Origin: a bacterium
GTDB taxonomy: Bacteria > SAR324 > NAC60-12
Reading direction: 5' to 3'
DNA length: 64,000 bases
Assembly: GCA_965209155.1 (NCBI GenBank)
Contig: OZ242383.1
Coordinates: 3,360,001-3,424,000, forward strand
The translations under genes and the position numbers were made by a program. Within the stretch, counting starts at the first letter, position 1, and each line of letters starts with the position of its first letter. This document shows, one piece after another, positions 20,665 through 30,939 of this stretch. The notes beneath the pieces were generated by a model, which ran no database searches, had not been told where the DNA came from, and worked only from the letters and a program-made list of their open reading frames with translations.

Positions 20665-21336
20665 ATGAGTGAACAACGAATGAGCCGCAAGGAATTGCAT
20701 CGACCCGATCGAATCCAGCAAGCCTTGTATGCCATTTCCAACTTCATTTTCATAAAGAAGAAATGGTTCATTGCAGGAGGTATTGCCCTCATTGTTGCCG
20801 TCATCGCTGTTTTTTTGGGCATTCAATATAATCAAATCCAACAAATCGAACAAGCGAATCTACTTTATGCCGCCCAGCGGATTCTCACTGAAGACGGTCT
20901 GGAAAACGCAGAGCCACGGGCGTTGAACGCCTTCAATGAATTTTATGAAAAATATCCCGATAGTGGCAACGGAGCTGTCGCACTGATGCATATCGGGAAG
21001 TTGTATGTCGAACAAAACCAGTGGGAGCAGGCAGAGCAGGCATATCGACGAGCAACTAAACATACCAAGGCTGCAGTCAGTTTGGTCAATGCAGCTAAAG
21101 TAAGTCTTGCAGTCATTTATGAAGGTCAGCAGAAGTGGGACGCTGCGAATGAGGTTATCAACAGTATTGAAGGAGAGGATTGGAGGGATGTACGGTGGAA
21201 GTATCTTGCGCAAATTGCCTTGGCGCAAAGAGATATTAACACCGCAAAAGACTACCTCGAACGATTGGTCGAGCGGACTCCTGATTCCTTATTCAGACAA
21301 GAAGCCCAAACCATATTACTCACCTTGAATCCATAG
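20665..21336 (+). CDS. YfgM-like TPR membrane protein
   Basis: RKELHRPD N-terminus, single TM helix, TPR-like helices. Confidence 0.7.
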   Translation: MSEQRMSRKELHRPDRIQQALYAISNFIFIKKKWFIAGGIALIVAVIAVFLGIQYNQIQQIEQANLLYAAQRILTEDGLENAEPRALNAFNEFYEKYPDSGNGAVALMHIGKLYVEQNQWEQAEQAYRRATKHTKAAVSLVNAAKVSLAVIYEGQQKWDAANEVINSIEGEDWRDVRWKYLAQIALAQRDINTAKDYLERLVERTPDSLFRQEAQTILLTLNP

Positions 21337-21349
21337 AAAGGAATCATTT

Positions 21350-21694
21350 ATGTCGCTCGATTTGGATTATTTGAATTTCGTTGAATCTCACGAAAATTAC
21401 AAAGATTTTAATGTTTTTGAAAAAGTACTGATGGCAAGCCAGAGGGCTAAAGCAATCTATGAAGAAGAAAAAACAAGAGAGGAAGAACAAGAAAAAGTGA
21501 CTAATGACGTCAGACCTGCCCATAAGCCGACATATCAAGCGGTTTTAGAAATCAATGAAGGGAAACTTTTACGAATTTACGAGACCACTAAAGCGCCAGT
21601 GGTTTTAGCCGATTCCTCTCCTATTGATGATCTTTCTTCCAACGAGCATATGACAACCCCATTAGAAAACGGCTATCAGGCGGCAGAAAATTGA
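21350..21694 (+). CDS. rpoZ: RNA polymerase omega subunit
   Basis: VLMASQRAKAI and KPTYQAVLEINEGKL resemble omega conserved regions. Confidence 0.7.
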   Translation: MSLDLDYLNFVESHENYKDFNVFEKVLMASQRAKAIYEEEKTREEEQEKVTNDVRPAHKPTYQAVLEINEGKLLRIYETTKAPVVLADSSPIDDLSSNEHMTTPLENGYQAAEN

Positions 21695-22146
21695 GCAACC
21701 AACTTAAGACGCGCCTGAACTGCCAGAAAGTCACAACGTTCATTTTCAGGATGATGCGCGTGACCTTTGATCCAATACCAGGAAATTTTATGAATTTGAG
21801 AGAGTTTTAACAATTCTTGCCACAGGTCCCGATTGGCAATTGGTTGGCGACCGGCTCCAATCCATCGATTGCTTTGCCATTTATGCAACCACCCTTCGTT
21901 AAAGGCTCTTTCGATATAACGGGAGTCCGTGTGAAGATTCACGACACAGGCCGTTTTCAGAGCTTGCAGGGCCTTAATGGTTGCTAACAATTCCATTCGG
22001 TTATTCGTTGTATTCCGTTTTGCGCCGAAAATTTCTTTGCGATAATTTCCGTGTCCGGGCGAAATCAAGACTGCAGCCCATCCTCCAATTCCTGGATTAG
22101 GAGCGCACGCGCCATCCGTATATATTTCAACAATGGGTTTTTTCAT
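21676..22146 (-). CDS. rnhA: Ribonuclease HI
   Basis: YTDGAC..NPG.GGW, TTNNRMEL, TDS and KGH...NERCD motifs. Confidence 0.96.
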   Translation of the reverse strand: MKKPIVEIYTDGACAPNPGIGGWAAVLISPGHGNYRKEIFGAKRNTTNNRMELLATIKALQALKTACVVNLHTDSRYIERAFNEGWLHKWQSNRWIGAGRQPIANRDLWQELLKLSQIHKISWYWIKGHAHHPENERCDFLAVQARLKLVAQFSAA

Positions 22147-22164
22147 ATGAAGTTAAATATCAAC

Positions 22165-22349
22165 GTGAATCAGGAGTCAAAAAACGGGTCATTCCTGGCT
22201 TGACCAGGAATCAAGGGGGATACGGGCGATATTTTGGATGCCGGATCATCCCGGACTTGATCCGGGACCAGGATGATCCTGGACCAGCATGACACATCAT
22301 AATTATTAAATTATTGATTTTATCAATTAAATTTCAATTCCTGATTCGC
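22165..22349 (+). mobile_element. Palindromic MITE/REP-like element, copy 1
   Basis: Terminal inverted repeats GTGAATCAGGA / TCCTGATTCGC; internal hairpins ATTCCTGG-CTTGA-CCAGGAAT and CCCGGA-CTTGA-TCCGGG; homologous to 44587 and 62848. Confidence 0.8.
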
Positions 22350-22500
22350 ATATATCATATTTTTTCGTTTCGGGCTTGAATTAGTACTTTCAGATCAATC
22401 ATCCAATGACTTGATCTGTGACTCTGGAATCAAATAGCGTGGCAGGTTCCAGGATAGCCAGGCAAGCCGGGTTCGACAACTATAGAAAAAGTATCCGATT

Positions 22501-24030
22501 ATGTCCAATTCGATTATAAGTGGCAATCGCATCTTATCCTATGAAAACTTCCATGCAAAAGTGTCTCGTGCAGCTCAGGGGTTCCATGAATTGGGAGTGG
22601 GAGAAGGGGACACGATTTGCATTATGTTACGAAATGACCTTCCGTTTTTTATAGCCAGTTTTGCCGCAGGATCTCTTGGAGCCTATTCGGTGCCGATCAA
22701 TTGGCATTATAATGTGGAAGAAACTCGATATATTCTGGAGGATTCGGATGCAAAAGTTCTGGTCATCCATGCGGACTTGCTGCACCAGATAAGAGTAGCA
22801 ATTGCCGAAAATATCCGGATATTGGTCGTGATCACTCCACCTGAGATTCAGGAGGCTTATCAATTGGAAGAATTTCAATGTTCCGCGCCTTCGGGATATT
22901 TGGAGTGGGAAAGCTGGCTCGAATCCTGTACCCCTTGGGAAGCCCCTGCCAGGATAGCGCCTGCGACGATGATTTATACTTCAGGGACTACGGGGCGTCC
23001 CAAAGGAGTTCGTCGAAAGGTTCCCACTCCCGAATTAGTGGAAAAGACACAGAATATCCGCAGAAAAACTTGGGGTTTCACACCAGAAGCCATTGTCCTG
23101 GTGACCGGCCCGGTTTATCACACGGCACCCAATTCTTATAGTATGACTGCCGTAAGAAGCGAGGCGCAGATGATCTTGCAACCTCGCTTCGATGCTGAAG
23201 AAATGCTTTATTTGATCGAACGTTTTCGAGTGACCCATGCGCACCTGGTGCCAACAATGTTTGTACGATTGCTAAGGCTTCCCGCGGAGACACGGGAACG
23301 ATACGATATCTCATCACTTAAAAATGTTGCTCATGGCGCTGCCCCCTGCTCCCCTGAAATCAAGCGTGCCATGATGGAATGGATGGGGTCTATCCTTTAT
23401 GAATATTATGGAAGTACCGAAGCAGGGGTGCCGGTTCTTTGCACACCGCAAGAATGGCTGGCGCATCCTGGAACCGTGGGTAAAACTTGCGAATGGGCAA
23501 AGTTGAAAATTCTTGGTGAACAGGGGGAAGCTCTTGCCCCCGGTCAAATCGGGGATATTTATACAATGGTGGATTACCAATCCGATTTTACTTACCATAA
23601 ACTCGATGAAAAACGACGAGAGATCGAAAGAAATGGAATGGTCACCAGTGGTGACCGGGGGTATCTGTCCAAAGATGGTTTTCTTTACCTGTGCGATCGT
23701 AAAAATGACATGGTGATTTCCGGAGGCGTCAATATTTATCCTGCCGAAATCGAGAAAGAGTTGATTCTCCTTTCTGGTGTGAAAGATTGCGCAGTATTTG
23801 GCATACCGGATGAAGAATTTGGTGAATCACTCATTGCTTATGTGGAACTGGAAAATGGCGCAGAACTGCGTGCGGAATCGGTGAAACAGTTTCTGGGTGA
23901 GCGAATCGCCAGGTATAAAGTTCCTCGCATTGTCGAATTTCATCAAAATCTTCCTCGTGAAGATTCGGGAAAGATCTTCAAACGAAAGCTGCGAGATCCA
24001 TATTGGAAAAATTCTGGACGAAAAATTTGA
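22501..24030 (+). CDS. Acyl-CoA synthetase (AMP-forming)
   Basis: YTSGTTGRPKG, YYGSTE, SGD, ISGGVNIYP and LPREDSGK motifs. Confidence 0.9.
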   Translation: MSNSIISGNRILSYENFHAKVSRAAQGFHELGVGEGDTICIMLRNDLPFFIASFAAGSLGAYSVPINWHYNVEETRYILEDSDAKVLVIHADLLHQIRVAIAENIRILVVITPPEIQEAYQLEEFQCSAPSGYLEWESWLESCTPWEAPARIAPATMIYTSGTTGRPKGVRRKVPTPELVEKTQNIRRKTWGFTPEAIVLVTGPVYHTAPNSYSMTAVRSEAQMILQPRFDAEEMLYLIERFRVTHAHLVPTMFVRLLRLPAETRERYDISSLKNVAHGAAPCSPEIKRAMMEWMGSILYEYYGSTEAGVPVLCTPQEWLAHPGTVGKTCEWAKLKILGEQGEALAPGQIGDIYTMVDYQSDFTYHKLDEKRREIERNGMVTSGDRGYLSKDGFLYLCDRKNDMVISGGVNIYPAEIEKELILLSGVKDCAVFGIPDEEFGESLIAYVELENGAELRAESVKQFLGERIARYKVPRIVEFHQNLPREDSGKIFKRKLRDPYWKNSGRKI

Positions 24031-24214
24031 AGTAGTTCAAGAAATACGCCATGTCATTTGAAGGCAATTGTAAATCTGACAGGGCAGGAATTCAAATTCC
24101 ACTCCCCCTGTCCGTAGAGCACTATATGTTTGTTTCGCAATTATTCACTTGAACGAAATAACGTAACCTACCCCAATTTGACCCCGTTTTATTTTACAAT
24201 TTTGGTGATGTGGG

Positions 24215-24618
24215 ACTTCAATAAGGTTCTGTTATTAAAATCCCTTTTGAATAGTCGATAGTGACTTGATAGAGTCGGAAAAAATCTAAACCAATGAGAG
24301 CATCAATCCCCCAAGATTTTTTTAAAATCGAGATACAAAGATTTCATATTCAGTCATTTGATGACCACATATATTCACAGATGGCAAGATGATGGTTTCA
24401 TATTTTTGGGTTGGTAAACCGGTTTTTAATCGGACTTCTTCATCTGTTGTTTCAATGAAACCGGTATGCATCAAAAACTGATCCGAGCATTCTGTCGTAG
24501 GAGCACCTGTGTCCAAAATTCCGGAGACACTATGACTGAAGCCTTTTCTATCCATAATGAGAAATTCGAGATGGATATGATATTCGGCAGTATCAAATGA
24601 CGTGATCCTTTTTTGCAT
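24215..24618 (-). pseudogene. Retropepsin-like aspartyl protease, frameshifted
   Basis: ILDTGA motif; ORF stops at 24322, while the expected GIDALIGLDFF continues in another frame across a T/A homopolymer; 3' end approximate. Confidence 0.65.
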
Positions 24619-24835
24619 GACTCCTCAAACCACCAAAAGTAGATTTACCAGTGTATCGAAACGCAGTTGACTGATTTAATGCTGGTAAGCGATAAACATG
24701 ATCCTTGTCTTTCGAGTGTCGATTCACCACTCCTGAAATGAGATGCCCTGAGGGATCTAACTCATATTCGATAATCAATAACCATTGATCAGGAAATTTG
24801 TTCTTCATTTCATCCCACGTCATTTTTTCTTTCAT
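24593..24835 (-). CDS. Small hypothetical protein of the type found upstream of aspartyl proteases (DUF5678-like)
   Basis: MTWDEMKNKFPDQWLLI; AGGAGG RBS; overlaps the protease start. Confidence 0.6.
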   Translation of the reverse strand: MKEKMTWDEMKNKFPDQWLLIIEYELDPSGHLISGVVNRHSKDKDHVYRLPALNQSTAFRYTGKSTFGGLRSHAKKDHVI

Positions 24836-25095
24836 AAGAACCTCCTTTCATTCCCTTTCTTCTTCGTTATTCTGAATCTGTGGCCATACGAGCTTCCAAC
24901 CTCCTCGTCTGCTTCAACCACTAGATCATCTTCAATGATACTGGTTTTTGGGAGATTTTTCGAGCATATTGTATGAAAAAGTAGGAAGGATTGATGTTTT
25001 TTATGGTTCGATGCTGTTTTATCTTCTTGAAATGGTCTTGGATTCAGACCTTATCTTCACCATAAATCTTTGGTTGGAATGATTCTTTTTTGCGT

Positions 25096-25160
25096 TGCGA
25101 ACGCTGAAATCACCAGCCGCTTCCTACAGGAAAGAGGTCTGGTGAATTGATTGGTTAGAA
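25096..25160 (+). other. Solitary attC-like site
   Basis: TGCGAAC...GTTAGAA ends with internal CACCAG/CTGGTG pairing; 65 bp. Confidence 0.4.
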
Positions 25161-25353
25161 ATTTTTTAATTCTACTTTTAGCCTAAGTCAGCCAAAACGC
25201 TCAAAAAATTCTGAAGTGTCTGGTGGGCATTCCTCAAATTGAGGAAGATCGTCTGTGATCTCATATCAAGGGGCTTTTGAGCCTGCAAAAATATGTGCTA
25301 AGGGACGACTTCCCGGATCCCCTACCACTGAACCCAGCCTAATCCAGCTTAAT

Positions 25354-25473
25354 TTAATCAGAAATAAACCTCCAGCTCTGCTGGGGGACTCATACAAGTT
25401 TGACCGTGTGCAGCGGTCATTCTGTATTAACCTTCAATACAAGGAGATCTGTATGAGAGACTATCAAAGTTTA
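25354..25473 (+). mobile_element. IS200/IS605 left end with truncated tnpA start (MRDYQSL)
   Basis: TTAAT, hairpin CTCCAGC-TCT-GCTGGGG, AAGGAG RBS and ATG at 25453; cut by the IS5 element. Confidence 0.65.
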
Positions 25474-26314
25474 AGAGACTGTTTGGATAAAAAATTGCAT
25501 ATTTACTATATTTCCATTTTTTTAAAAGGAGATAGATGTATCCAAGCAATTTAAGCGATCAAGAATGGTCTGAGATTGAACATTTTTTTAGACGTTCTGA
25601 CCCCCGAGGGACCAAGAGTATTCATAGCAAACATACCATAGTCAATGCGGTTTTATATGTAGTGAAATCGGGTTGTCAGTGGAGAATGCTTCCCCATGAT
25701 TTTCCTCCCTGGCAAACCGTTTATGATCATTATCGCCGCTGGAATCAAAGAGGGATTTGGCAAAAGGTTTTGGATTACCTCAATGCCCGCACTCGTGTGA
25801 AACAGGGCAAGAAGCCTTTTCCCAGTTACGCCATCGTCGATTCTCAAAGTGTGAAAACCCAATATGCTTCCAAAGAGCGGGGCATCGATGGGGGAAAAAA
25901 TAATCAAAGGACATAAACGCCATATCAGTGTGGATACTTTGGGCAACCTTTTATATGTGAAAGTCCATGCAGCGAACCAATCTGACACCAAGGAAGGGTG
26001 CGCTGTTTTTGAGTAAACCACTCGCAAATATCCAAGCTTGAAAGCTTTTTCCGCGGACCAAGGATATTGTGGCACCTCGCTGGAATTTGTGGAAAAGGTA
26101 TTGGGACTGAAACTCGACATCGCTAAAGGAATCAAGGGCCAGTGGGTCCTCTTGAAAAAACGCTGGGTTGTCGAGCGCACATTCGCTTGGTTCGGCGGAT
26201 TCAGAAGACTATCCAAAGATTTTGAAATCCTCACAAACACTGCTGAAAATATGATTCGTATTGCCATGATCAAAGTGACCTTAGCAAAGTGTCTTATTTA
26301 ACCAAACGGATTCT
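25474..26314 (+). mobile_element. IS5 family insertion sequence, defective
   Basis: Imperfect TIRs AGAGACTGTTTGG / CCAAACGGATTCT flanked by TA; orfA 25536-25916 (YPSNLSD, GCQWRMLP, VDSQS); slippery G5A6 at 25890-25900; orfB (RWVVERTFAW) has an in-frame TAA at 26014. Confidence 0.9.
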
Positions 26315-26459
26315 TAGGATCGCACCACTGGCCAGGCCGGATCTATGAGTTCTTATATGAGCGCTTGCAATGAATGTCTGGCCAGTCTTTACTATGGTTA
26401 CTTCTGTATATAATTCCTCTTTTTTTTATTATGTATCGTTCAACTTAGGGTGATGTAAA

Positions 26460-28085
26460 ATGAAACGTATTTTTCATGTAGATTACGATCTCCATACCTT
26501 GCGGGGGGATATCTTTGGTGGCATCACTTCCACTGTAGTGGCGCTACCGGTCTCTCTTGCCTTCGGAGTAGCGTCGGGCTTGGGAGCGGAAGCCGGCATG
26601 TTTGGCGCAATCGCGGTTGGTTTTTTCGCCTCGGTCTTTGGTGGCACGCGCTCTCAGATATCCGGTCCCACAGCTCCTATGACCGTCTCCATGGCGATCA
26701 TTCTCACCAGCCACGCGGCAAACCTTACCGAAGCCTTGACCGTGGTGATTCTGGCAGGATTGCTGCAGATGTTCATGGGTCTTTTGAGAATCGGCCGCTT
26801 CGTGGTCTATACACCGTATGTCGTTGTTTCAGGATTCATGTCCGGAATCGGTGTCATTATCATTTTGATGCAGACCTTACCTTTCCTCGGAGCGTCTGCC
26901 GTACCGGGCGGGTCTATGGGGATGGTCCTTGCCTTGCCGGAAGCGATTGACAGCATCAATCCGAGTGCTTTCTCAGTCGCCATCATCACTTTGGCTGTTG
27001 GAGTGTTTTGGCCTCGCCGGTTCATGAGATTCCTGCCGGGGCCCCTTGTGGCGCTTATTGCCGGGACGCTGACAGGTGTGTTTTGGTTGAACGACGCACC
27101 GATCATCGGTCAGGTGCCGACTGGTTTACCGGAGCTGCAGTTGGGGTTGCCTTCTGTTGGCTTCCTGGCTCATGCTGTGCAACCAGCTCTTATCCTTGCT
27201 TTGCTCGGCTCGATAGACAGTCTGCTCACTTCATTGGTTGCCGATTCGATGACCGGGACTCGCCACAACCCTGATCAGGAATTGATTGGTCAGGGCATCG
27301 GAAACATGGTTGCGGGAATCTTCGGAGGGCTTCCCGGTGCTGGAGCAACCATGGGTACCGTTACCAACATTCGCGCCGGTGGAAAAACCCGGATTTCAGG
27401 CACACTACGCGCATTATTCTTGCTGGCGCTGGTTCTGGGACTTGGCCAATACGTCGAGACTATTCCTCTTGCCGCTCTTGCCGGAGTCCTGATGAAAATT
27501 GGCTGGGACATCATCGATTGGCGTCTTCTCACTCGTATCCATCACGTCCGCCGCGAACATCTTTTCGTCATGCTGATCACTCTGGGGCTCACGGTTTTTG
27601 TAGATCTGGTAACTGCCGTGGCAATAGGACTGATTGCGGCGGGAATGGCTCATGCGCGTCAGTTGGAACGCTTGGAACTCGACAGTGTGATTTCCGTACC
27701 ATTGCTTGATCAAAACTTTTTTTCTGAACAGGAGGAGGAGTTTTCATTCGCAGCACGGGTTGGCCTGGTGGCGCTCAGGGGAAGTTTCACCGTCGCCTCC
27801 TCTCACAGGTTGGTTACGGTGATTGGTGCTGATATCAAGGATCACGAGGTCGTCATATTCGATTTCTCCGAAACCATATACCTTGACGATACGGCGGCGA
27901 TGGTTATCAACCAACTCATCGACATTGCGAAAAAAGAGCATACCGAAACCATCATAAAGGGGCTCTCCGGTCCTGTAGCGAAGACCCTGCATGCGCTAGA
28001 TATCTTACGACATGTACCCGAACATCACATCGTCGAAACCCAGGACCAGGCGCGGCAGATTGCGAAAAAACTTCTCAATGGTTGA
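26460..28085 (+). CDS. SulP/SLC26 anion transporter with STAS domain (BicA-like)
   Basis: GDIFGGIT..VVALP.SLAFG, QISGPT, ELIGQG and C-terminal STAS domain. Confidence 0.92.
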   Translation: MKRIFHVDYDLHTLRGDIFGGITSTVVALPVSLAFGVASGLGAEAGMFGAIAVGFFASVFGGTRSQISGPTAPMTVSMAIILTSHAANLTEALTVVILAGLLQMFMGLLRIGRFVVYTPYVVVSGFMSGIGVIIILMQTLPFLGASAVPGGSMGMVLALPEAIDSINPSAFSVAIITLAVGVFWPRRFMRFLPGPLVALIAGTLTGVFWLNDAPIIGQVPTGLPELQLGLPSVGFLAHAVQPALILALLGSIDSLLTSLVADSMTGTRHNPDQELIGQGIGNMVAGIFGGLPGAGATMGTVTNIRAGGKTRISGTLRALFLLALVLGLGQYVETIPLAALAGVLMKIGWDIIDWRLLTRIHHVRREHLFVMLITLGLTVFVDLVTAVAIGLIAAGMAHARQLERLELDSVISVPLLDQNFFSEQEEEFSFAARVGLVALRGSFTVASSHRLVTVIGADIKDHEVVIFDFSETIYLDDTAAMVINQLIDIAKKEHTETIIKGLSGPVAKTLHALDILRHVPEHHIVETQDQARQIAKKLLNG

Positions 28086-28325
28086 CGTGAACGAATTGGG
28101 ACATAGCGCCTTTGCCAGGCAATATCAAAATCGAACCTCGTTCGGGGTCCGGCTTGAAAGCTTGGATAAAGCGATATTTGAGGCGGATGATTGATGATAA
28201 TAGATTAATAGGGTTCATCCATCAAGGAAACGAATCAATCCCAGGATTGAACTTCTCTCATTTATAAATTAACTTGAGTATTACCAACATAAAAATTAGA
28301 AAACTCATTTTTCAGGAGAAATTAC

Positions 28326-30845
28326 GTGGGTGATCTACCTAAATTTGCGCGAGTAGTGGTGATTGGTGGAGGAATAGTCGGCAATAGCGTGGTCTACCAT
28401 TTAGCTCAACTTGGTTGGAAAGAAATCGTGATGGTCGAAAAAGGTCCGTTTCCCAACCCGGGTGGCTCCACAGGTCACGCCTCTAATTTTATCTTCCCGG
28501 TGGATCATTCCAGAGAGAAAACCATGATCGCTCTGGACAGTATGGTACAATACAGATCCTTGGGTTTTTTTCGAGAAAGCGGCGGCATCGAGCTGGCACG
28601 CACGGAAGCTCGTATGCAGGAGCTGCGGCGTAGAATGGCATCCGCCAAGAGTTGGGGCATTGAATCATTTCTGGTCTCACCAGTTGAAATCAAGGAGCTT
28701 TTTCCCTGGGTCGATATTCAGGTGCTCCAGGGTGGATTCTACACTCCCACCGTCGGGGTGGTGGATCCCCTGAAAGCCGGGATCCGGATGAGGGAGGCGG
28801 CTCAAGACATGGAAGCACTGACGGTAATTTCCAATACGGAAATCCTTGACATTTCTGTTAAAAATGGTCGTGTCTGTGGGATATCCACTAATCGCGGAGA
28901 GTTGACAACAGAGACAATCGTGATTTGTTGTGGTGTCTGGAGCCCCCGAATTGCCGCTATGGCCGGGGCTTCGATTCCCCTGACACCGGTAGTGCACCAG
29001 ATGATCGACGTTGGACCGATTGCTGAATTTGAACAATGCCGGGAAGAAATCGAATATCCGATTTTGCGCGATATGGACGCGATGATGTATGAGCGTCAAA
29101 TTGACAGGAATTTAGAAATTGGCTCCTATGCGCACCGCCCCATCATCGTTCATCCGGATAGCATCCCCACTATCGAGGAGGCGAAACTTTCTCCCACGGA
29201 GATGCCCTTTACCAAGAATGATTTCGATCCACAGTTGAAGGATGCCTTGACCTTATTGCCTGCAATGTTGAATAAAAAGGAAGTAGAAATCCAATATGCC
29301 ATCAACGGTCTCCTCTCTCTCACCCCAGATGGCGAACCGGTCATAGGCGAAACGGTAGAAGTAAAGGGGCTTTGGTCTGCTGCGGCGATTTGGATCAAGG
29401 AGGCGCCGGGATTAGGCCGGTTGACGGCAGAATGGATGACCCATGGGAGCCCGGAAATGGATCTTCATGGTTTGGACATTGCGAGATTTTACGAGTATGC
29501 TCGCACCGAAAATTTTGTGATTTCCCGGGCAAATGAATCCTTCAACAAAATTTATGGCATCGTGCATCCCCATGAACAATGGGAGCACTCACGAGGCATA
29601 AGGGTCAGTCCATTCCATGCTCGTGAACAGTCGTTGGGAGCGAATTTTCATGAAAGCGCGGGCTGGGAGCGCCCGCATTGGTACCAATCCAACAAAAGAC
29701 TTCTGGAAGAATATGAAAATCGTATGTCGGACCGAACCCATGAATGGGATACGCGCTGGTGGTCGCCCATTATCAATGCCGAGCACCTGGCTATGCGAGA
29801 TCGAGCGGCCATGTTCGATTTATCGGCATTTGCAATTTTTGACATCACGGGTCCGGGAGCCTTGGAATATATTCAGAAGATGGCAGTTAATCAAATGGAT
29901 GTCAGTCCCGGTTCCCTGGTATATACGCCCCTGTTGAACGAGAAGGCGAACCTGAAAACGGATTTGACGGTAATGCGCTTGGAAGATCAATTGTTTCGGG
30001 TGGTGACCGGAGGCGTGGATGGCAGTCGCGATAAAAAATGGTTCCGCGATCACATGCCTGCAGATCACTCGGTCTCTTTGACAGACAAGACCTCCGCCAT
30101 TTGTACTATCGGATTATGGGGCCCCCGAGCCCGAGACATCCTGCAAAGCGTGACCACCGCGGACATGTCTCATGAAGGCTTTCCATTTGGCACCGTCAGG
30201 GAAATTGTCTTGGACCGCACCCCGGTTCATGCCCTGCGACTTTCCTACGTGGGAGATCTGGGATGGGAAATCCATATCCCCACGGAAAATGGACCATTCG
30301 TATGGGACTTGCTCTGGCAAGCCGGTCAACCCCACCGGGTCATTCCCTCTGGAATTGGAGTCTATGGTACAACCGGACGACTGGAAAAGGGATATCGACT
30401 CTATGGAGCCGAGTTGGATGCGGATCATAATCCCAAAGAGGCGGGATTGGCACGTCCTCGCGTAAAGCTTCAGGATTTTATAGGGAAAGAAGCTTATTTA
30501 CGCATTCGCGAAAAAGAACCGGATGCGATCCTCTGCGCACTGACCGTGGAGGATCACCAGTCGGCTTCCGGTGAATGGCGTTACATGCAGGGAGGTGAGC
30601 CCATTGTCACTTTATCGGATGGAAAGCGTATCGTCGATCGCCAAGGACGAAGTTCATACGTCACCAGCGCAGGAGAGGGACCTTCTGTGGGGAAATATAT
30701 CTTAATGGCCTATCTCCCCCCTGAATATATCAGCAATGACAAACCCCTGGCTGTCGAGTACTTTAGCGAGTACTATCCCGTGAAAGTCGCCGTTGCCGGA
30801 GGAGGATCGCTCTTTGACGCAGAAAATGAACGTATGCTGCGATAA
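28326..30845 (+). CDS. GcvT-family FAD-dependent oxidoreductase (dimethylglycine oxidase / sarcosine dehydrogenase-like)
   Basis: IGGGIVG FAD motif, GSTGHAS, folate-binding GcvT domain and RLEKGYR. Confidence 0.9.
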   Translation: MGDLPKFARVVVIGGGIVGNSVVYHLAQLGWKEIVMVEKGPFPNPGGSTGHASNFIFPVDHSREKTMIALDSMVQYRSLGFFRESGGIELARTEARMQELRRRMASAKSWGIESFLVSPVEIKELFPWVDIQVLQGGFYTPTVGVVDPLKAGIRMREAAQDMEALTVISNTEILDISVKNGRVCGISTNRGELTTETIVICCGVWSPRIAAMAGASIPLTPVVHQMIDVGPIAEFEQCREEIEYPILRDMDAMMYERQIDRNLEIGSYAHRPIIVHPDSIPTIEEAKLSPTEMPFTKNDFDPQLKDALTLLPAMLNKKEVEIQYAINGLLSLTPDGEPVIGETVEVKGLWSAAAIWIKEAPGLGRLTAEWMTHGSPEMDLHGLDIARFYEYARTENFVISRANESFNKIYGIVHPHEQWEHSRGIRVSPFHAREQSLGANFHESAGWERPHWYQSNKRLLEEYENRMSDRTHEWDTRWWSPIINAEHLAMRDRAAMFDLSAFAIFDITGPGALEYIQKMAVNQMDVSPGSLVYTPLLNEKANLKTDLTVMRLEDQLFRVVTGGVDGSRDKKWFRDHMPADHSVSLTDKTSAICTIGLWGPRARDILQSVTTADMSHEGFPFGTVREIVLDRTPVHALRLSYVGDLGWEIHIPTENGPFVWDLLWQAGQPHRVIPSGIGVYGTTGRLEKGYRLYGAELDADHNPKEAGLARPRVKLQDFIGKEAYLRIREKEPDAILCALTVEDHQSASGEWRYMQGGEPIVTLSDGKRIVDRQGRSSYVTSAGEGPSVGKYILMAYLPPEYISNDKPLAVEYFSEYYPVKVAVAGGGSLFDAENERMLR

Positions 30846-30939
30846 AGGGTTGGGTTCACGAGATCGCTCCCAAGGCTCTTTGGGGAATATTGGACGAATA
30901 AAAACCCTGTAACAACAAATCTCTTTGTAAGGAAGCTCT

